A DNA stretch of 64,000 bases from an uncultured Bacilli bacterium (GCA_910576925.1 CAJTKB010000001.1:41803-105802), one strand, 5' to 3'; counted from the first letter of the stretch, positions 37,663 to 48,205 are shown. Program-made: numbers and translations. The notes: generated by a model not told the origin, from the sequence alone.

Positions 37663-40161
37663 TTATTTACCACAACATTGTTTGTATTTCTTACCAGAGC
37701 CACAAGGGCACTTATCATTTCTACCTATTTTTTCGCTTTTTTTAGGTGATTTTTTTGTGTTTTCTTTAACTTCATTAGTCATTAATTTTTCCTTTTTTAC
37801 TGATTTTCTTTCAATATTCTGACTTTTATGTATTTCAGCTTTTGATAAAAATACTGTTACATCTTTATCTATTTTTGCTAACATACTATCAAACATATCA
37901 AATCCTTCAACAGTATATGCATGTAGCGGATCTTCTTGACCATATCCTCTTAAATATATACCTTCTCTTAGATGTGACATTGTATTAATATGCTCCATCC
38001 AATAATTATCTATAACTTGAAGAGTTAGGGCTTTTTCAAATTCATCTTTTACTTCTGTTGGAATTTCTTTTAGTTTTTCTTCGTATTCTTCTATTAATTT
38101 TTTATAAAGTGTATCTATAACTTCTTCTTTTTCTAATTTATTAATAGATGATTTTTTAATATCGTTTTTTAGTAAATTTTCGTTTGCAAATTCTACTATT
38201 TCTGTAAAATCATCGTCATTTAATTCATTATCAATTATATAATGAGAGTTTACTAAGTCTTCTATATAATGTCTAAATGTCTCTAGGGTTTCTGTATGAA
38301 TTGAATCATTATCTAAAATATTATTTCTTCTATCATAAATTATCTCTCTTTGACTATTTATTACATCATCATATTGTAGAAGTTGTTTTCTAACATCGAA
38401 GTTATTTCCTTCAACGCGTGCTTGAGCAGTTCCAATTGATTTAGTAATTGTTTTACTTCTAATAGCTTGTTCTCCAATACCAAGGGATTGCATCATTACT
38501 TTAATCCTATCAGAACCAAATCTTACCATCAGTTCGTCTTCCATTGAAACGAAGAATTGAGTATATCCAGGATCTCCTTGACGTCCAGAACGTCCTCTTA
38601 GCTGATTATCTATACGGCGAGATTCGTGTCGTTCTGTTCCAATTACACATAATCCCCCTAAATTTCTTATTTCTTCTGATAATTTGATGTCAGTTCCACG
38701 TCCTGCCATGTTGGTAGCTATAGTTACTGATTTGTGTAGACCTATTTTAGAAATAATTTCTGCTTCACGTTCATGATTTTTTGCATTAAGTACTTCATGT
38801 GGAATTTTAGCTTGCTTTAACATACTACTTATTAATTCACTAGTTTCTATTGCAATTGTACCTATTAATACAGGCTGACCTTGTTCATATTTTTCTTTTA
38901 CAAACTTTATAATTGCTTGATATTTAGCACCTTTTGTAGCATAAACTAAATCTGCAGCATCAATTCTTTCAATTTCTTTATTGGTAGGTATTTCTATAAC
39001 ATACATATTATATATATTCCTAAATTCTTCTTCTTCTGTTTTAGCTGTTCCTGTCATTCCTGATAATTTTTTATACATTCTAAATAAGTTTTGGAAAGTT
39101 ATTTGTGCTAATGTCTTAGTTTCTTCGTTTATTTGTACACCTTCTTTAGCTTCTATCGCTTGATGCAGTCCATCACTGTAGGCACGCCCTTTCATCAAAC
39201 GTCCAGTAAATTGGTCTACAATTACAATTTCTCCGTCTTTTACAACATAATCAACATCATTAGCCATAGAATAATTTGCACGTAATGCTTGATTAATAAA
39301 ATGTACTAAAGTAGCATTATCCATATCATAAAGGTTTTTTATATGAAATATTTTTTCTGCTTTTTCACTACCCTTATCAGTTAAATTAACGCTTTTTGTT
39401 TTTTCATCATATATAAAATCTTCTTCCTTTTTTAAACTTTTAGCAAAACGATCTGCATCGATATATAGATTGGCACTATTCATTCTTCCACCAGATATAA
39501 TTAATGGAGTACGTGCTTCATCTATTAAAACAGAATCTACTTCATCTATGATAGCAAAATTTAGTGGTCGTTGGACTCTTTCTTCTTTATGAGATACCAT
39601 ATTATCTCTTAAATAATCGAAGCCAATCTCATTATTAGTAGAATATAGTATGTCACAGTTATATTCTGCTTGCTTTTCCTTAGTAGATAATTCTCTTAAG
39701 TTTACTCCTACTGTTAATCCTAAAAATCTATGTATTCCGCCCATCCAATTAGCATCACGACTTGCTAGATATTCATTAACCGTAATTACATGTACTCCTT
39801 CTCCTGTTAAGGCATTTAAATAGGCTGGTAGCACACTAGTTAAAGTTTTTCCTTCTCCTGTTTTCATTTCAGCAATATTACCATAATGAATTGCACAAGC
39901 TCCTAGTATTTGTACATAATATGGTTTTTCACCAATTACTCGAAAACAAGCTTCTCTTGCTACTGCAAATGCTTCTACTAAAATATCATCTAAGGTTTTT
40001 CCATTTTTTAATTCTTCCTTAAATTTTTCTGTTTTTGCTTGTAATTCAGTATCTGTTAGAGCTTGCATCTCTTCATCCAATTCTAATACTTCATTAGCTA
40101 TTTTAGAAAACTTTTTAAGTTGTTTATATTCATGATCAAATAATTTTCTTAATAAATTCAT
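37663..40161 (-). CDS. secA: Preprotein translocase subunit SecA
   Basis: 832 aa. DEAD-like motor motifs and C-terminal zinc-binding CPCGSGKKYKQCCG. Confidence 0.95.
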   Translation of the reverse strand: MNLLRKLFDHEYKQLKKFSKIANEVLELDEEMQALTDTELQAKTEKFKEELKNGKTLDDILVEAFAVAREACFRVIGEKPYYVQILGACAIHYGNIAEMKTGEGKTLTSVLPAYLNALTGEGVHVITVNEYLASRDANWMGGIHRFLGLTVGVNLRELSTKEKQAEYNCDILYSTNNEIGFDYLRDNMVSHKEERVQRPLNFAIIDEVDSVLIDEARTPLIISGGRMNSANLYIDADRFAKSLKKEEDFIYDEKTKSVNLTDKGSEKAEKIFHIKNLYDMDNATLVHFINQALRANYSMANDVDYVVKDGEIVIVDQFTGRLMKGRAYSDGLHQAIEAKEGVQINEETKTLAQITFQNLFRMYKKLSGMTGTAKTEEEEFRNIYNMYVIEIPTNKEIERIDAADLVYATKGAKYQAIIKFVKEKYEQGQPVLIGTIAIETSELISSMLKQAKIPHEVLNAKNHEREAEIISKIGLHKSVTIATNMAGRGTDIKLSEEIRNLGGLCVIGTERHESRRIDNQLRGRSGRQGDPGYTQFFVSMEDELMVRFGSDRIKVMMQSLGIGEQAIRSKTITKSIGTAQARVEGNNFDVRKQLLQYDDVINSQREIIYDRRNNILDNDSIHTETLETFRHYIEDLVNSHYIIDNELNDDDFTEIVEFANENLLKNDIKKSSINKLEKEEVIDTLYKKLIEEYEEKLKEIPTEVKDEFEKALTLQVIDNYWMEHINTMSHLREGIYLRGYGQEDPLHAYTVEGFDMFDSMLAKIDKDVTVFLSKAEIHKSQNIERKSVKKEKLMTNEVKENTKKSPKKSEKIGRNDKCPCGSGKKYKQCCGK

Positions 40162-40191
40162 TTTTATCTCTCCTTAAGTATTTATTCTATC

Positions 40192-40220
40192 AAAAAAGAA
40201 GCTTAATTTAAAGAGCTTCT
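40192..40220 (-). terminator. hpf terminator
   Basis: GAAGCT-loop-AGCTTC followed on the minus strand by TTTTTT. Confidence 0.5.
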
Positions 40221-40241
40221 ATATATTTTTAATTAATTTAA

Positions 40242-40763
40242 TTATTCTGATGTTATTACACCATAATCATTATTTTTTCTTCTATAAACAACTGATGGTT
40301 TATTTGTTTCACTATCAATATACATATAGAAATCATGATCAAGTAGTTCCATTTGAAGAACAGCCTCTTCTTCACTCATTGGTTTTACTGGTATTTTCTT
40401 TCTTTTAGCTATTGGAGTATCATTTTCTTCACTTTCCATTTCTTCAATATTGAAGTCTTTCTTTACTTTGTTATGTTTCATGATTTTGGTTTTGTTTTTT
40501 CTAATTTGTCTTTCTAGTTTATCTGTTGCTTTATCTACTGCTTTATAAAAGTCTGTTTGAACTTCTTCTGTTCTTAAGATACATGATTTTAGAGGAATAG
40601 TGATTTCTACAATTTGATTAATATTTCTAATTTTGACTACTATATTTGCACGAACTGATTCGCTATTATCTAGAAATTTTTCTAGCTTTTCAATTTTTTC
40701 TTTTATATAGTCTTTCATAGAGTCTGTTATCTGTATTTTATCTCCTCTAATAATAATTTCCAT
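40242..40763 (-). CDS. hpf: Ribosome hibernation promoting factor (long form)
   Basis: 173 aa. MEIIIRGDKIQITDSMKDYIKEKIEKLEKF. Conserved position upstream of secA. Confidence 0.85.
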   Translation of the reverse strand: MEIIIRGDKIQITDSMKDYIKEKIEKLEKFLDNSESVRANIVVKIRNINQIVEITIPLKSCILRTEEVQTDFYKAVDKATDKLERQIRKNKTKIMKHNKVKKDFNIEEMESEENDTPIAKRKKIPVKPMSEEEAVLQMELLDHDFYMYIDSETNKPSVVYRRKNNDYGVITSE

Positions 40764-40841
40764 AATATCATCCTCCTATTTATATTGTAACAGATTGTAA
40801 TTTTTAAATCTATATTTTTATCATAAAAAAGGAAAGAACCA

Positions 40842-41060
40842 CTATTTTGAGGTAGCTGGTTCTTTCACCAAATTGACTTCTTGGGCTTGATATCCCTTGT
40901 TTGTGCTGATTAATTTAAATTCTACATATTGTCCTTCGCTTAAGGTTTTATACCCTTCAGAATGTATTGCAGAATAATGAACAAATATATCCTCATCTTC
41001 CTTATATTCTATGAAGCCATATCCCTTTTCATTGTTGAACCATTTTACGCGTCCAATCAT
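40842..41060 (-). CDS. cspA: Cold-shock protein (CspA family)
   Basis: MIGRVKWFNNEKGYGFIEYKEDEDIFVHYSAI RNP motifs. Confidence 0.9.
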   Translation of the reverse strand: MIGRVKWFNNEKGYGFIEYKEDEDIFVHYSAIHSEGYKTLSEGQYVEFKLISTNKGYQAQEVNLVKEPATSK

Positions 41061-41281
41061 ATTAACACCTCACCTTCTTACTACTATCAGTAACCCTAAA
41101 GTATTAGGGCCAACTGATACAACATATTTGCTTGTGCGCATTATTATTGTAGCAAATGTAAAATGTATTTGAAATATTTTTCCTTTAATTGTTATTTTTG
41201 ATCCTTTTTTGGTTATTTTTTATTTCGTTTAAAAAGTATTTTTATATTTTAATGTATAAACTATTCTATTTAGCTCTTTTA

Positions 41282-41311
41282 ATATGAATTATTAATTCAT
41301 ATTGCTATAAT
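41282..41311 (+). promoter_or_regulatory. Perfect 21-bp palindrome abutting the extended -10 (TGcTATAAT) of agrB
   Basis: ATATGAATTATTAATTCATAT (41282-41302), then TGCTATAAT at 41303-41311. Confidence 0.4.
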
Positions 41312-41331
41312 GATTGAGTGAGGTTGGTAGT

Positions 41332-41931
41332 ATGAAAGAAAAATTTTTAAATAGTTCTATTAATCTGATTTCTAAATATCAGAAAGTAGATGAAGGTGAT
41401 ATTTTAAAATTAAGATATGGTTTAGAAGGTTTATATCTTACATTAACTAAATTGATTGTTATAATTTTATTGGCTTCTATTTTAGGAATCTTTAGGGAGA
41501 TTATTATATTACTTATATTGTTTAATATTATTAGGTATACTGGTTTTGGTTTTCATGCTAAAAATAGTTTGGAATGCTTAATTATTTCTACTATATCTTT
41601 TGTACTTTTACCATATTTATTATTAAAATTAAATCTTAATAGGGATATAATTTTAATAATTGGGGTTTTTAGTATAATATATCTTTTCTTTTATGCACCT
41701 GCTGACACACCCAAAAGGCCTCTTCCTAATAAAAGAAAGAGAATCATTAGGAAAGCTATAACAGTATTCACAGCTTGTGTATTTACAATAGTTGCTTTTA
41801 TTTTAAATAATTATAATATTTCAATTTTGCTAGTTTGTGCTGTTATTATTGAAAGTATAATGGTTAGTCCTATTACTTATAAAATATTTGGACAACCTTA
41901 TAGAAATTATTTAAACTATAATAAGGCTTAA
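41332..41931 (+). CDS. agrB: Accessory gene regulator B (AgrD-processing membrane peptidase)
   Basis: GFHAKNSLECLIIST (conserved His/Cys pair), RYGLE, multi-TM, about 200 aa. Likely ATG at 41332 (MKEKFLNSS) after GTGAGG; the track start at 41314 is TTG. Confidence 0.8.
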   Translation: MKEKFLNSSINLISKYQKVDEGDILKLRYGLEGLYLTLTKLIVIILLASILGIFREIIILLILFNIIRYTGFGFHAKNSLECLIISTISFVLLPYLLLKLNLNRDIILIIGVFSIIYLFFYAPADTPKRPLPNKRKRIIRKAITVFTACVFTIVAFILNNYNISILLVCAVIIESIMVSPITYKIFGQPYRNYLNYNKA

Positions 41932-41980
41932 ATATCATGGCAGTGATATTAAGTAATAGAATACAAAGGAGGGATTTTAA

Positions 41981-42100
41981 GTGAAACTAATAACAAAAGT
42001 TATGGCTGCTGTTGCTATGATGGTTGTTGGAAGTGCTAGTATGGGTTGCGTTATGCTTTTAATAGATGAACCACAAGCATTAGATTCAATGATTGATTAA
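41981..42100 (+). CDS. agrD: Autoinducing peptide precursor AgrD (39 aa)
   Basis: GTG start after the AAGGAGGG RBS. MKLITKVMAAVAMMVVGSASMGCVMLLIDEPQALDSMID: amphipathic leader, Cys-containing core (CVMLL could form a 5-residue thiolactone) and an acidic tail with a DEP motif. Confidence 0.6.
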   Translation: MKLITKVMAAVAMMVVGSASMGCVMLLIDEPQALDSMID

Positions 42101-42118
42101 TTTTTTTAAGGATAATAA

Positions 42119-43444
42119 TTATCCTTTTTTTATTTCCATTTTTTTATTTGATATTATAATCTTTTGAACATACATTTTATTAATTATTTTTGTTTCAGCA
42201 TTTATCCATTCTGTTTTTTCTACTAGCTTTTTTGCTAAATACAACCCTCTTCCGTGATTTTTTCCTTTTGTAGTATAACCATTTTTACTTAATTTATCTA
42301 TATCTATTTTTTCTTCAGCAAATGTATTTGAAAAGACAAATTCTATTTTATTATCTATTGAATACATTTCTATACCTAATAGTTTATTTTTACTTTTTGA
42401 TGATGCTTCGATGGCATTATCTAAATATATTCCTATTAAATTACATATTAGTTTTATATCTTCTATATCAAGACTTTTTAATTTTCCTTTTATACTTTTA
42501 CTTATATCTATAGTTACTTTCAATCTATTATTTGTTGCGACTATAAATTTATAATATAATAACCCCTTTATTCCTCCCTTTGGTATATTTTTTAAACTAT
42601 TTATTATATGACTATCATTCTTCTTATATTCTAATATTATATCATCTATTATATTAAGTGCTTTATTTTTTTTATTTTCTTTTATATAACTTCTTAATAC
42701 TATAATCTCATTTTTAAATTCATGATTATTTAAATTTATCTTATCGATACTATCTTCGAATGTTTGTATATATTTAAATAATGAATCATTTTCCTTTTGT
42801 AATTCTTGATATTTATTATTATCAATAAAAAATATAATTAATATTATCATAAATGTTATAACTACCATTACGTTTATAAAATATGACATATTAAATTCAA
42901 ATATATCTCCTATATTGTATAATATACATGCCATTAATAAAAAAATTGATACGCATATTATAATCAATGAAATTATGTTATTATTATTATGATTATTCAG
43001 TATTAGTTTCAACTTATTATTTATATATTTTATATTAAATATTATATATGTGCTTATTATTGAAAGCACATTAGATAATATCATTATATTAGGTTCATTT
43101 CTAATTTCTTCTAAACTATATATATTCATTAAAATACTAGCACTTAAAATATCGCCTAAGGAATTTAGAATCATTACTAATGTAAATAAAAATGTGGATT
43201 TATATATTGACTCATCAAATATTATTTTGAATACTATTATATATGATATGAATCTAATTATTACTGCTTCTATCATGTATTCAGCAGTATGTGTTATTTC
43301 AGATATAAGTATTAATCCTCCTAAAATAAGGAGATTTTTTTTATTGCATATTTTTATATTTGAATTAAGCATTTTTTTTATCATATATGTATATAGAAAT
43401 GTAAGCAATATGAAACATATTATTTTAACTACTATTTCTGACAC
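42119..43444 (-). CDS. agrC: AgrC-like sensor histidine kinase, copy 1
   Basis: Six or seven N-terminal TM helices, H-box NNHEFKNEI, HATPase_c (GKNHGRGLYLAKKL). GTG start overlaps the 3' end of the duplicated agrA tail. Confidence 0.75.
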   Translation of the reverse strand: MSEIVVKIICFILLTFLYTYMIKKMLNSNIKICNKKNLLILGGLILISEITHTAEYMIEAVIIRFISYIIVFKIIFDESIYKSTFLFTLVMILNSLGDILSASILMNIYSLEEIRNEPNIMILSNVLSIISTYIIFNIKYINNKLKLILNNHNNNNIISLIIICVSIFLLMACILYNIGDIFEFNMSYFINVMVVITFMIILIIFFIDNNKYQELQKENDSLFKYIQTFEDSIDKINLNNHEFKNEIIVLRSYIKENKKNKALNIIDDIILEYKKNDSHIINSLKNIPKGGIKGLLYYKFIVATNNRLKVTIDISKSIKGKLKSLDIEDIKLICNLIGIYLDNAIEASSKSKNKLLGIEMYSIDNKIEFVFSNTFAEEKIDIDKLSKNGYTTKGKNHGRGLYLAKKLVEKTEWINAETKIINKMYVQKIIISNKKMEIKKG

Positions 43445-44760
43445 GTTCCATCAACTCCTTCTTATATTATAATCTTTTGAACATACATTTTATTAATTAT
43501 TTTTGTTTCGGCATTTATCCATTCTGTTTTTTCTACTAGCTTTTTTGCTAAATACAACCCTCTTCCGTGATTTTTTCCTTTTGTAGTATAACCATTTTTA
43601 CTTAATTTATCTATATCTATTTTTTCTTCAGCAAATGTATTTGAAAAGACAAATTCTATTTTATTATCTATTGAATACATTTCTATACCTAATAGTTTAT
43701 TTTTACTTTTTGATGATGCTTCGATGGCATTATCTAAATATATTCCTATTAAATTACATATTAGTTTTATATCTTCTATATCAAGACTTTTTAATTTTCC
43801 TTTTATACTTTTACTTATATCTATAGTTACTTTCAATCTATTATTTGTTGCGACTATAAATTTATAATATAATAACCCCTTTATTCCTCCCTTTGGTATA
43901 TTTTTTAAACTATTTATTATATGACTATCATTCTTCTTATATTCTAATATTATATCATCTATTATATTAAGTGCTTTATTTTTTTTATTTTCTTTTATAT
44001 AACTTCTTAATACTATAATCTCATTTTTAAATTCATGATTATTTAAATTTATCTTATCGATACTATCTTCGAATGTTTGTATATATTTAAATAATGAATC
44101 ATTTTCCTTTTGTAATTCTTGATATTTATTATTATCAATAAAAAATATAATTAATATTATCATAAATGTTATAACTACCATTACGTTTATAAAATATGAC
44201 ATATTAAATTCAAATATATCTCCTATATTGTATAATATACATGCCATTAATAAAAAAATTGATACGCATATTATAATCAATGAAATTATGTTATTATTAT
44301 TATGATTATTCAGTATTAGTTTCAACTTATTATTTATATATTTTATATTAAATATTATATATGTGCTTATTATTGAAAGCACATTAGATAATATCATTAT
44401 ATTAGGTTCATTTCTAATTTCTTCTAAACTATATATATTCATTAAAATACTAGCACTTAAAATATCGCCTAAGGAATTTAGAATCATTACTAATGTAAAT
44501 AAAAATGTGGATTTATATATTGACTCATCAAATATTATTTTGAATACTATTATATATGATATGAATCTAATTATTACTGCTTCTATCATGTATTCAGCAG
44601 TATGTGTTATTTCAGATATAAGTATTAATCCTCCTAAAATAAGGAGATTTTTTTTATTGCATATTTTTATATTTGAATTAAGCATTTTTTTTATCATATA
44701 TGTATATAGAAATGTAAGCAATATGAAACATATTATTTTAACTACTATTTCTGACACGTT
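42135..44760 (-). repeat. Tandem direct duplication, 2 x 1313 bp (agrC plus the last 8 codons of agrA)
   Basis: Internal ORF pairs 42322/43635 and 43050/44363 are offset by exactly 1313 bp. Junction sequence: only one mismatch noticed by eye (CAGCAT versus CGGCAT). Confidence 0.8.
43462..44757 (-). CDS. agrC: AgrC-like sensor histidine kinase, copy 2 (identical over 431 aa)
   Basis: Translation is identical to copy 1 apart from the C-terminal extension in copy 1. Confidence 0.75.
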   Translation of the reverse strand: MSEIVVKIICFILLTFLYTYMIKKMLNSNIKICNKKNLLILGGLILISEITHTAEYMIEAVIIRFISYIIVFKIIFDESIYKSTFLFTLVMILNSLGDILSASILMNIYSLEEIRNEPNIMILSNVLSIISTYIIFNIKYINNKLKLILNNHNNNNIISLIIICVSIFLLMACILYNIGDIFEFNMSYFINVMVVITFMIILIIFFIDNNKYQELQKENDSLFKYIQTFEDSIDKINLNNHEFKNEIIVLRSYIKENKKNKALNIIDDIILEYKKNDSHIINSLKNIPKGGIKGLLYYKFIVATNNRLKVTIDISKSIKGKLKSLDIEDIKLICNLIGIYLDNAIEASSKSKNKLLGIEMYSIDNKIEFVFSNTFAEEKIDIDKLSKNGYTTKGKNHGRGLYLAKKLVEKTEWINAETKIINKMYVQKIII

Positions 44761-45508
44761 CCATCAACTCCTTCTTATTATCTCTTGATACCAAGCTAGA
44801 TTCATATCCATTAATAAAATTAATTGTATTAGTTTTTGAATCAAACCCTCTAATATTTTTGAGATTTACAATTAAACTTCTACTTGCTTTCATAAAGTTT
44901 TCATCTAATTGTTTATATAAATCGTTTAATGATGATTGAACTACTCTCTTACCATAACTTGTCACAATAATACATTTTTTACTATCTATTTCCTTTTCTA
45001 TATATATTATATCCCTTAGTTCTATTCTATGAATTGAATAATCATACTCTAAAATTATACTTTTACTACTTCTTGTATATTGTTTGAGAATGTTTGTTAA
45101 ATCTATTTCTAGATTTTTTTCAAAGTTATTCATTTTATTTATAAAATCAAATAAGTATAATCTGTTACTCAAAGCTTCATATCTGAATTCTTCATGAGCA
45201 GTGACTATTATAATTACAGAATTCCAGTCATCATACTTTTCTCTTATCAATCTCGCTGCATCTAGTCCTGAGATACTTCTAGTTTCTATATCTAAGAAAT
45301 ACACTTTAAATGTTGTTCCTATTTGCACTATTTTTTCAAACTCTTTTCCATAGCCACTATAACAGTGGAATTTACACTCAATTTCTTTATATTTCGACAT
45401 AAATTGTGAAATTTTATTTTTGAGCATAATATTAAAATCCTTGTTATCATCACATATCACAAATTCTATCATTCTCTCACCTCTTTTTAAACATAGATAT
45501 TTTATCAT
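44738..45508 (-). CDS. agrA: LytTR-family response regulator (AgrA-like)
   Basis: Receiver domain (FLDIE phospho-acceptor context) plus C-terminal LytTR DNA-binding domain. Ends ...MERVRNSS. Confidence 0.8.
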   Translation of the reverse strand: MIKYLCLKRGERMIEFVICDDNKDFNIMLKNKISQFMSKYKEIECKFHCYSGYGKEFEKIVQIGTTFKVYFLDIETRSISGLDAARLIREKYDDWNSVIIIVTAHEEFRYEALSNRLYLFDFINKMNNFEKNLEIDLTNILKQYTRSSKSIILEYDYSIHRIELRDIIYIEKEIDSKKCIIVTSYGKRVVQSSLNDLYKQLDENFMKASRSLIVNLKNIRGFDSKTNTINFINGYESSLVSRDNKKELMERVRNSS

Positions 45509-45593
45509 ATTAATTTCTAAAACTGGTAAAAATTAACAAAAAAGCAACTATAATTTAAATGAATATCTTTATTTATAAGTCATTGTATTATAG

Positions 45594-46724
45594 TTACTTT
45601 TTATTCTTATTATTATTTTTATTCTTTCTTATCTTTTGTGGTAATTCTTTAGTTTTATCTGATATTATACTTGTCTTAAATACAAACCACGCAATTATTA
45701 TAAATAGAATTATATATACTGTAATACTTAGTTTTGAATTTTTTACCATATATAAGATTGTTGCAGTTGAAAATAGTATATCCATTATATATATTATTAG
45801 TACTGTAGTTCTTTGACTAAAGTTCATCCCTAACAGTTGATGATGAAGATGCTGTTTGTCGGCTGAAAATATTGGTTTCCCTTTTAGAGATCGTCTTATT
45901 ATCGCAAATAATGTATCTAGTATTGGTATTGCTAATATTAACAGAGGTACAAAGAATGAAGTTAAGGCTGGACCTTTGAATTCAAGCATTGAAATTATCG
46001 ATATAATGAATCCCATAAAGGTTGCTGAGTCCCCTGCAAAAATTGTTGCTGGATAAAAGTTGTGAAGTAAAAAGCCCAAAGTTGAACCTAACATTACAAA
46101 AGTTAATATCATAACAAGACTTCCACTTCTTCCTTGGTATAATCCTATTATCCCTATCGTTAAGTAGAAAATAGAACAAATTCCTCCACTTAATCCATCA
46201 AGTCCATCTATTAAGTTTATAATATTAGTGCAAGCTATTATAAATAGTATAGTAATCAAATATGACCATACACCAAAATCGAGAGAAAAACCGAATGCTG
46301 TTACATTATTTAAAGTTATTTGTCCATAAAAGACTATTACAAAAGCTGCTATTAAATGACCTATTAATTTTTGCCAGGCTTTAATTGGATTAATATCATC
46401 TGTTATACTTGTTAAAATAATTATAAAGCTTCCTATTAAAATGGAATTCATTTGTATACTTTGACTTCCAAATATCATATATCCTATTAAAAAGCTTAAA
46501 AATATTCCTACTCCTCCAAATTTTGCTGTTTTCTTTTTATGAATATGTCTATTTTCTTCGTCCTTTCTCGGAATGTCTATAGCATTTACATGGAACGCTA
46601 CTTTTTTCATTATTGGCATAATAAATGCTGAACATAAGAATGTTACCGCAATAATTTTTATGCTTTCTATTATCTCTTTTGTCATATTACTCCTCGCTTC
46701 TATCATAATTATAGCATGTACCAT
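45594..46724 (-). CDS. tagO: Undecaprenyl-phosphate N-acetylglucosaminyl-1-phosphate transferase (MraY/WecA family, TagO-like)
   Basis: Polytopic membrane protein, NLIDGLDGLSGG motif, basic C-terminal tail. Confidence 0.75.
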   Translation of the reverse strand: MVHAIIMIEARSNMTKEIIESIKIIAVTFLCSAFIMPIMKKVAFHVNAIDIPRKDEENRHIHKKKTAKFGGVGIFLSFLIGYMIFGSQSIQMNSILIGSFIIILTSITDDINPIKAWQKLIGHLIAAFVIVFYGQITLNNVTAFGFSLDFGVWSYLITILFIIACTNIINLIDGLDGLSGGICSIFYLTIGIIGLYQGRSGSLVMILTFVMLGSTLGFLLHNFYPATIFAGDSATFMGFIISIISMLEFKGPALTSFFVPLLILAIPILDTLFAIIRRSLKGKPIFSADKQHLHHQLLGMNFSQRTTVLIIYIMDILFSTATILYMVKNSKLSITVYIILFIIIAWFVFKTSIISDKTKELPQKIRKNKNNNKNKK

Positions 46725-46824
46725 ACTTTTGAAGCAATATTTTAGATTTTATATGCCATTAATAGTATTTTATAAATTAATAAAAAATTATAATACTCTT
46801 GAAGAGGAGTATTATAATTTTTAT

Positions 46825-47832
46825 CTAGTTAGTATTTTTCTCTAATGATCTTACATTATCAAGTAAAATTCCTGTTCCTTCAGCAACACAAGTTAGTGGA
46901 GAATCGGCTATTAAGGTTGGAACTTTTAATTCTTTTTCAAATAAATCTGTTAACCCTGATAATAACGCTCCTCCTCCTGTCATTACTATTCCACAATCAA
47001 CTATATCAGCTGACAATTCTGGTGGAGTTTGTTCTAAAACAGTAGTTGCTGCTTTTACTATTTTTTGGATACTTTCTTTTAGAGCATCTTTCATCTCTTC
47101 TTGATTTATTGTTATTGTATGAGGAAGTCCAGTTAGTAAATTTCTTCCTCGTACTTCCATTGTCTCATTTTTTCTTGGTTCATAAACATTTATGAAGTTT
47201 ATTTTAATTTCTTCGGCAGTTTTTTCTCCTATTAGAAGTTTATATTTATCTTTTATATATTTTATTATGTCTTGATCAAATACATTTCCTGCTATTCTAA
47301 CTGATTGTGATGTTACTATTTCGTTAAGAGATAAAACAGCGATATCTGTTGTTCCTCCACCGATATCTATTACCATATTAGCACTTGGTTTAGATATATC
47401 CATACCTGCTCCAATAGCTGCTACTTTTGGTTCTTCTTCGATATATACTCTTCTAGCTCCAGTTCTCTCTGCTGCTTCTTTTATAGCATTTTTTTCTACA
47501 GGTGTAATATTTGATGGACAACATATAAGAATTCGTGGACGTGCAAATATTGTTCTTGCTTTTATTTTTTTGATGAAAGTGTTAAGCATTATTTCAGTTA
47601 CTTCAAAGTCTGCTATTACTCCATCTTTCATAGGTTTTATTGCTTTGATATTATCTGGAGTTCTACCAAACATTTCACTGGCTTCTTTTCCAGCTGCAAT
47701 AACTTTTTTGTTTTCTGTATCTATTGCAACAATACTTGGCTCATTTAATACAATACCTTCACCTTTTACATATATTAATACATTAGCTGTTCCTAAATCT
47801 ATTCCTATGTCCTTTGCTAACACTTTTGTCAC
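46825..47832 (-). CDS. mbl: Rod shape-determining actin homolog (MreB/Mbl family)
   Basis: DIGIDLGTANVLIY phosphate-1 motif. 335 aa. Position downstream of spoIIID matches B. subtilis mbl. Confidence 0.85.
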   Translation of the reverse strand: MTKVLAKDIGIDLGTANVLIYVKGEGIVLNEPSIVAIDTENKKVIAAGKEASEMFGRTPDNIKAIKPMKDGVIADFEVTEIMLNTFIKKIKARTIFARPRILICCPSNITPVEKNAIKEAAERTGARRVYIEEEPKVAAIGAGMDISKPSANMVIDIGGGTTDIAVLSLNEIVTSQSVRIAGNVFDQDIIKYIKDKYKLLIGEKTAEEIKINFINVYEPRKNETMEVRGRNLLTGLPHTITINQEEMKDALKESIQKIVKAATTVLEQTPPELSADIVDCGIVMTGGGALLSGLTDLFEKELKVPTLIADSPLTCVAEGTGILLDNVRSLEKNTN

Positions 47833-47884
47833 ATCCTTTCACAACGTATTTATTTTATCATATTTTTTTAGTTTTTTAACCATT

Positions 47885-48136
47885 TTATGGTAAATTTTTA
47901 TATTTATTTCTTGTTGCTTCTCCACCTAAATAGCATCTTATATCTAAATGTTTTTTAAATACTATTTGTACTTTTTCATACAATTCTTTATCTAATTTAA
48001 CTAATCTTTTTTGCATATCTTTATGTATTGTACTTTTTGATATTCCAAGTCGTCTTGCTAACTCTCTTAAAGTAATTTCTGTATTAGTAATAATATTGGC
48101 TTCTTCAAGTACTCTTCTTTCAATTCTTTTATTCAT
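47885..48136 (-). CDS. spoIIID: Stage III sporulation protein D
   Basis: 83 aa. HTH ITLRELARRLGISKSTIHKDM. Confidence 0.85.
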   Translation of the reverse strand: MNKRIERRVLEEANIITNTEITLRELARRLGISKSTIHKDMQKRLVKLDKELYEKVQIVFKKHLDIRCYLGGEATRNKYKNLP

Positions 48137-48205
48137 AAAATTTCTCCTTAATAAATTATATAAACTTGGATTAAATTTTATGAAAAAAGAAGATTACTCT
48201 TCTTA

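Noticed and set aside
42119-44760. Repetitive block that could be mistaken for a CRISPR or other short-repeat array
   Set aside because: It is a two-copy 1313-bp tandem duplication of a protein-coding gene (agrC). There is no short direct-repeat/spacer periodicity.
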